DNA of 64,000 nucleotides from Rhodospirillales bacterium (GTDB lineage Bacteria; Pseudomonadota; Alphaproteobacteria; Rhodospirillales; Rhodospirillaceae): NCBI GenBank assembly GCA_028281845.1, contig JANQJD010000013.1, positions 11,615 to 75,614 of the forward strand, read 5' to 3'. Shown piece by piece: positions 59,857 to 64,000 of this stretch (position 1 is its first letter; each line of letters starts with the position of its first letter). The notes under the pieces were generated by a model. It saw only the letters and a program-made list of their open reading frames with translations, ran no database searches and was not told where the DNA came from. The position numbers and the translations under genes were made by a program.

Positions 59857-60921
59857 TTATGTTATTGCGCTCGGAGAGCGATGCAGCAGACAGGCATCAC
59901 CGTAAGAGTAAAATCTGTAGCGAGCAGCAATGGCATGGGCATAGGTGAGTCGCATGCGGTTCAGACCGGCAAAGGCTGCTGTTAACATGAACAGGGTTGA
60001 GCGTGGTAAGTGGAAGTTTGTCAGCAGCAAGTCAACAACCCGGAATGTATAGCCGGGCGTGATAAAAAGAGCGGTGTCCGCTGCGAAAGGCTCTACACGC
60101 CCATCTGGCGTGGCAGCGCTTTCGAGCAGTCTCAGGCTTGTCGTGCCGACAGCCACGACCCTCCCCTGTCGCTTGTTGATAGTCGCGGCTGCTGCCGTTG
60201 TCACACGGCCAGCCTCAGCATGCATTACATGGTCGCGGCTATTGGCGACTTTTACAGGTAAAAAAGTACCAGCTCCAACGTGTAATGTTATTGCTACGCG
60301 TTCTATACCGCGAGCTTCCAAAGCTTCTAGCAATTCCTGTGTAAAATGTAGACCGGCAGTGGGGGCGGCGACGGCGCCATCAACTTGAGCAAAGGGAGTC
60401 TGGTAATCTTTGCTGTCACGGACATCTGCTAGTCGCCGTATGTAGGGCGGCAGCGGGATATGGCCATAACGAGCCAGGGTGGAGAGCAGCTCTTTTCCTC
60501 CGCAATTGAACTGTAAAAAGACCTCTCCCCCTGTGAGGCGGCCTGTCACGACGGCAGTCAACACCTCCGAAGGATTAAAGTGGATCTGTTCCGAAGGATT
60601 AAAGTGGATATGCTGGCCTACAAAAAGTTTTCGAGCTGGTCTCGCGAATGCTCGCCATTGATTGAGTCCCTCTTGCCGGTGCAACATGATTTCGACAATG
60701 ACTTCATTTGTGTGACCGTATAAACGGGCTGGAATAACCCTGGTATCATTCACTACTAACACGTCACCTTTGTGTAGTACGCTGGGTAAGTCCCAAACGA
60801 TGTGGTCAAAGCGGCGACCATCCGCGGTAACCTCCAAGAGGCGGGCCGCATGACGCGGCGTAACAGGGCGATCAGCGATGAGCTCTCGCGGTAGGTGAAA
60901 ATCAAACAAGTCAACCTGCAT
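59857..60921 (-). CDS. queA: tRNA preQ1(34) S-adenosylmethionine ribosyltransferase-isomerase
   Basis: FDF.LP.ELIA..P start, LPPYI, and GTT..R.LES blocks. 354 aa, including an 8-aa internal duplication. Confidence 0.92.
   Translation of the reverse strand: MQVDLFDFHLPRELIADRPVTPRHAARLLEVTADGRRFDHIVWDLPSVLHKGDVLVVNDTRVIPARLYGHTNEVIVEIMLHRQEGLNQWRAFARPARKLFVGQHIHFNPSEQIHFNPSEVLTAVVTGRLTGGEVFLQFNCGGKELLSTLARYGHIPLPPYIRRLADVRDSKDYQTPFAQVDGAVAAPTAGLHFTQELLEALEARGIERVAITLHVGAGTFLPVKVANSRDHVMHAEAGRVTTAAAATINKRQGRVVAVGTTSLRLLESAATPDGRVEPFAADTALFITPGYTFRVVDLLLTNFHLPRSTLFMLTAAFAGLNRMRLTYAHAIAARYRFYSYGDACLLHRSPSAIT
60566..60613. repeat. in-frame tandem duplication, 2 x 24 bp (22/24 identical; perfect 20-nt core tccgaaggattaaagtggat) inside queA
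   Basis: Read directly. Encodes IHFNPSEQ-IHFNPSEV on the minus strand. Confidence 0.9.
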
Positions 60922-60930
60922 GTCTGCCCT

Positions 60931-61587
60931 CTAACAAGATTGCTGTAGGCTCTGTGCTATTCTCTCTGCCGCTTGCATGTCCGCTAGCGTATTCATATTC
61001 ATGAAATGGTCTAGTGGTGTGGCACTAAAATCAACAATTTTTACTAGATTTTTTAACAAAAAATCTTTTATTCTTAGGTTGTCCTTTTCCAGAAATGTCA
61101 TAAGACATGAAATCAGCGCGACATCCCAGATGCAGACAAGAGGGTGTAGATGCCCAGCAGAGCGGGCACATACTACAGGAGTTTGATTTTTAAACATTTC
61201 TTCTATTAAACGATTCACAAGATCATGTGGTAGGAATGGAGTATCTCCAGGAACGGTCAGGAGACGTGTCGCTCCCCTCTGCGCTGCCCAGCGCAGTCCT
61301 ACGAGGACTCCTCCAAGAGGTCCTTGATTGACATGGGTATCTTCAAGTATTGGTGTGCCAGGGAAAAGAGCCGTGAATCCTTCTGACGGACCATTCACGT
61401 TGAGCGCTAGCTGTGCGACCTGTGGAGCAATGATTGTCCACACATGACTAATCATTGGACGGCCCGCTAAGAGGCGCAAGGCCTTGTGCCCGCCGCCCAT
61501 GCGGCGCGAGAGACCGCCAGCGATAATAATCGCTACTATTTTTTCTCTCTCTAGAGGGCAAGAATCTCTTACGATTCCAAATGCCAT
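60931..61587 (-). CDS. mobA: molybdenum cofactor guanylyltransferase
   Basis: IIAGGLSRRMGG..K nucleotide-binding N-terminus. Start set to ATG 61587. Divergent from moaA. Confidence 0.8.
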   Translation of the reverse strand: MAFGIVRDSCPLEREKIVAIIIAGGLSRRMGGGHKALRLLAGRPMISHVWTIIAPQVAQLALNVNGPSEGFTALFPGTPILEDTHVNQGPLGGVLVGLRWAAQRGATRLLTVPGDTPFLPHDLVNRLIEEMFKNQTPVVCARSAGHLHPLVCIWDVALISCLMTFLEKDNLRIKDFLLKNLVKIVDFSATPLDHFMNMNTLADMQAAERIAQSLQQSC

Positions 61588-61723
61588 AATACGGGAAATC
61601 CCTCTTAATCTTTTCGTTATAATTTGGGAACATAATCTATAAAAATTACACCTTGTACATTTTTTCAATGACATATCATTATAGTACTACTCACATATAG
61701 TAATCCTCAAAGGAATTCTCGTC

Positions 61724-62701
61724 ATGTTTGATCGATTCGGGCGCCAAGTGACGTCCCTGAGACTTTCAGTGACAGACAGGTGTGATCTACGTTGCTTTTA
61801 TTGTATGACGGAAAGTGTTACTTTCACGTCAAGAAGAGAATTGTGCTCTTTAGAAGAACTAGACAGGATATGTGGAGTTTTAATTCAACTTGGCGTGTGT
61901 AAAATTCGTCTCACGGGTGGGGAACCTTTTGTCCGCAACGGATTTATGAAACTCGTAAGGTTGCTGTCCCGTCATCTCGGAGAAGGTGGGCTAGAAGAAC
62001 TGACAATGACGACAAATGGAATCCGTCTCTCTCAGCATGCTGTGGAATTATTAGAAATAGGCGTACGGCGCGTAAACGTGTCTGTCGACAGCCTGCGTCC
62101 AGATCTTTTTTTAGCAATTACTCGCCATGGGCGATTGGCGCGCGTGCTGGACGGCATTACGGCTGCTGCCAGGGCTGGCCTCAGAATCCGCATTAATACC
62201 GTGGTCTTAGCCGGACTCAACGAGGATGAGCTGATAGAGTTAGTGCTTTGGAGCGGTGATCACGGCTATGACATCTGCTTTATAGAGGTGATGCCACTTG
62301 GGAGTTCTGGCAGATATTACATGCCCATCTCTCGAGTGCAAACAAAACTAGCCCAGCGTTTTACCCTCACAGAGAGCGATTACCGTAGTAGCGGACCTGC
62401 TCGCTATGTCAACTGTGTTGAGACAGGCCAAAGAATTGGGTTCATTGCACCCATGAGCTCTGCTTTCTGTGAGTCCTGCGATCGGATACGACTCACCTGT
62501 GCTGGAATACTTTTCCCGTGCCTTGGGCAAGAGCACTCTGTAGATTTACGTGTCCCTATGCTTCTGAGCAAGGAAAACACTCTGTTAGTCACAGCTATTG
62601 CCGAAGCCTTGCGGCAAAAATCGCGAGGCCATAGTTTTGCCCACAATCACGTCGCTAACAAGTATGGTCTCACTCGCAGAATGAGTGTTACTGGAGGGTG
62701 A
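61724..62701 (+). CDS. moaA: GTP 3',8-cyclase (radical SAM)
   Basis: LR.SVTDRCDLRCFYC radical-SAM cluster, C-terminal auxiliary cluster Cys (CESCDRIRLTCAG), ends in GG. Confidence 0.93.
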   Translation: MFDRFGRQVTSLRLSVTDRCDLRCFYCMTESVTFTSRRELCSLEELDRICGVLIQLGVCKIRLTGGEPFVRNGFMKLVRLLSRHLGEGGLEELTMTTNGIRLSQHAVELLEIGVRRVNVSVDSLRPDLFLAITRHGRLARVLDGITAAARAGLRIRINTVVLAGLNEDELIELVLWSGDHGYDICFIEVMPLGSSGRYYMPISRVQTKLAQRFTLTESDYRSSGPARYVNCVETGQRIGFIAPMSSAFCESCDRIRLTCAGILFPCLGQEHSVDLRVPMLLSKENTLLVTAIAEALRQKSRGHSFAHNHVANKYGLTRRMSVTGG

Positions 62702-62832
62702 TTTGATTTTCCTCTCAGAAATGGGACTCTGTCAAAATGTGCCTTTGATGTGCATTTTAACGGTGTTTTTTTCTCTTTAAAAGTTCTCTTAACAAGAATT
62801 ATGTGTGAGAGTTGCTTTTTAAAGCATTCCGT

Positions 62833-62854
62833 TCTATGTCAGATCTATGTCTGA
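62833..62854. repeat. near-perfect tandem duplication, 2 x 11 bp (tctatgtcaga / tctatgtctga)
   Basis: Read directly. In the moaA/ndk gap. One mismatch. Confidence 0.8.
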
Positions 62855-62948
62855 AGCGGAACAGATATGAGCGCAGGAAAATGATCTAAAAGGTTGCATG
62901 CCTGCAGTAGCACCACACGAAATGTAGCAGCAGAAAGAGAGCAACACG

Positions 62949-63371
62949 ATGGGTATGGAGCGTACGCTTTCTATCATCAAGCCTGATGCAACTCGCCGTA
63001 ACTTGACTGGTAGGATTAATACCATGATAGAGGAGGCTGGTCTGCGCATTGTCGCCCAAAAGCGCATCCGTCTCTCTCCTGAAATGGCAGAACTTTTTTA
63101 TCACGTGCACCAGGAACGATCTTTTTTCAATGATCTTGTAAAGTCTATGACCGCTGGGCCTGTGGTTGTTCAGGTGCTAGAAGGTGAGAGTGCTATTGCC
63201 AGATATCGTGAAGTGATGGGATCAACGAATCCAATGAATGCTGCTCACGGAACAATTCGGGCCACTTTTGCCGAGAGTCTCGAGGCCAATTCTGTTCACG
63301 GCTCCGATTCACCAGAGAACGCTTGGCGAGAAATTATTTTTTTCTTCTCCGAAATTGAAATAGTTAAATAA
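62949..63371 (+). CDS. ndk: nucleoside-diphosphate kinase
   Basis: [11 protein letters not shown] and NSVHGSDS (active-site His). 140 aa. Start at ATG 62949 or 62955. Confidence 0.95.
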   Translation: MGMERTLSIIKPDATRRNLTGRINTMIEEAGLRIVAQKRIRLSPEMAELFYHVHQERSFFNDLVKSMTAGPVVVQVLEGESAIARYREVMGSTNPMNAAHGTIRATFAESLEANSVHGSDSPENAWREIIFFFSEIEIVK

Positions 63372-63381
63372 GAATCGGAAT

Positions 63382-64000
63382 TCATCGGAATCTTTCTTCC
63401 TCTTTCAAAGAGGAGTCTGCAACGGGACTTGCGCCATTCTTTTCGTGACTGCGACTAGCCATTAGCGTAGCGTAAACATCGTTTCTGCGTGATCGCCACA
63501 AACCGCGCGTGAGCGCTTCCTCAAATCTGTGACTCATCTCACGCAAGGCATGGGGGTTCGCCTCAGCCATAAAGAGGCGTACTCTTTCGTCCCCAAGATA
63601 AGCGTCAAACAAGAGGTCAAAATGATGGTCAGAAACACAATGTGTAGTTGCTGCAAATGCAAACAAATAATCTACTGTTGCAGCTATCTCGAATGCTCCT
63701 TTATACCCATGCCGCATCACACCTTGAATCCATTTAGGATTCGCTGCACGCCCCCGCACAATACGGGCAATTTCCTCATTCAGCGTATAGACCCTAGGCA
63801 GTTCTGGTCGACTGTGGTCAGCATGATAGATTTTTGGCTGTTGACCACCTGACAAAACGCGCACAGCTGCTGTTAAGCCCCCTTCAAACTGGTAATAGTC
63901 ATCAGAATCGAGGAGATCGTGCTCGCGGTTATCTTGATTCTGTACGATAGCCTCCACGGCCTTCAAACGGTCAATGAAGAGCTCGTGTGCCATGATGCCG
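63382..64000 (-). CDS. cobN: cobaltochelatase subunit CobN, C-terminal part (partial, continues beyond the window)
   Basis: The reading frame is open to the window edge. The C-terminal blocks RGRAANPKWI.G.MRHGYKGA.E and FD.L...YL.D match the CobN/BchH family. Confidence 0.8.
   Translation of the reverse strand, partial: GIMAHELFIDRLKAVEAIVQNQDNREHDLLDSDDYYQFEGGLTAAVRVLSGGQQPKIYHADHSRPELPRVYTLNEEIARIVRGRAANPKWIQGVMRHGYKGAFEIAATVDYLFAFAATTHCVSDHHFDLLFDAYLGDERVRLFMAEANPHALREMSHRFEEALTRGLWRSRRNDVYATLMASRSHEKNGASPVADSSLKEEERFR

Noticed and set aside
61588-61723. Moco riboswitch in front of moaA
   Set aside because: The 136-nt mobA/moaA divergent spacer is very AT-rich and lacks the GC-rich conserved stems of the Moco RNA motif. 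It is more simply a pair of divergent promoters.
1-64000. CRISPR array
   Set aside because: The repeats are contiguous two-copy duplications with no spacers, and every unit sequence is different. No cas-like ORFs are present.
1-64000. Insertion sequences, prophage or genomic island at the tRNA genes
   Set aside because: No transposase, integrase, recombinase or phage-like ORF appears in any frame. I saw no terminal inverted repeats and no direct repeat of a tRNA 3' end flanking a segment.

Overview
This is a 64-kb chromosomal segment, mostly housekeeping genes, from an alphaproteobacterium. That placement is my inference from lineage-typical genes: ATP12, ELM1/DUF1022, DUF1013 (TrcR-like), DUF2312 (GapR-like), DUF1178, class II NrdJ and CobB/CobN. 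The tRNA-His has an encoded G-1:C73, which argues against Rhizobiales, Rhodobacterales and Caulobacterales. Rhodospirillales/Acetobacteraceae-like is my best guess and is unverified. I call 55 protein-coding genes (2 run off the window edges) and 5 tRNAs (His-GTG, Ala-CGC, Arg-ACG, Thr-TGT, Leu-TAA). I found no rRNA, no CRISPR array, and no transposase, integrase or phage genes. Gene content covers chaperones (secB, dnaK-dnaJ), redox (peroxiredoxin, trxB, grxD), queuosine (queC, queD-queE, queA), LPS heptose (hldE, GT9), cobalamin (cobB, cobN, nrdJ), Moco (mobA, moaA), purine and amino-acid synthesis (purD, purS, asd, ilvD, pheA) and envelope functions (tolC, lnt, AsmA-like). All family assignments rest on motif and sequence recognition by eye; no database search was run. 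Four things are not ordinary. (1) The window holds at least 34 young tandem duplications of 8-24 bp, almost all exactly two perfect copies. Thirty lie in the roughly 20 percent of the window that is non-coding. The four inside conserved genes are all in frame (15, 18, 21, 24 bp). (2) Coding density is low for a bacterium, with nine gaps of about 0.5-1.2 kb that have no credible ORF. (3) There is a secreted, eukaryote-type (group III / bee-venom-like) phospholipase A2-like protein. (4) There are several small oddities: a broken miaB-phoH-ybeY-corC-lnt synteny, an AsmA-like gene that looks truncated, an ABC-2 permease with no ATPase partner, a GT2 gene coupled to a TVP38/DedA gene, and a SCO gene overlapping cobB.
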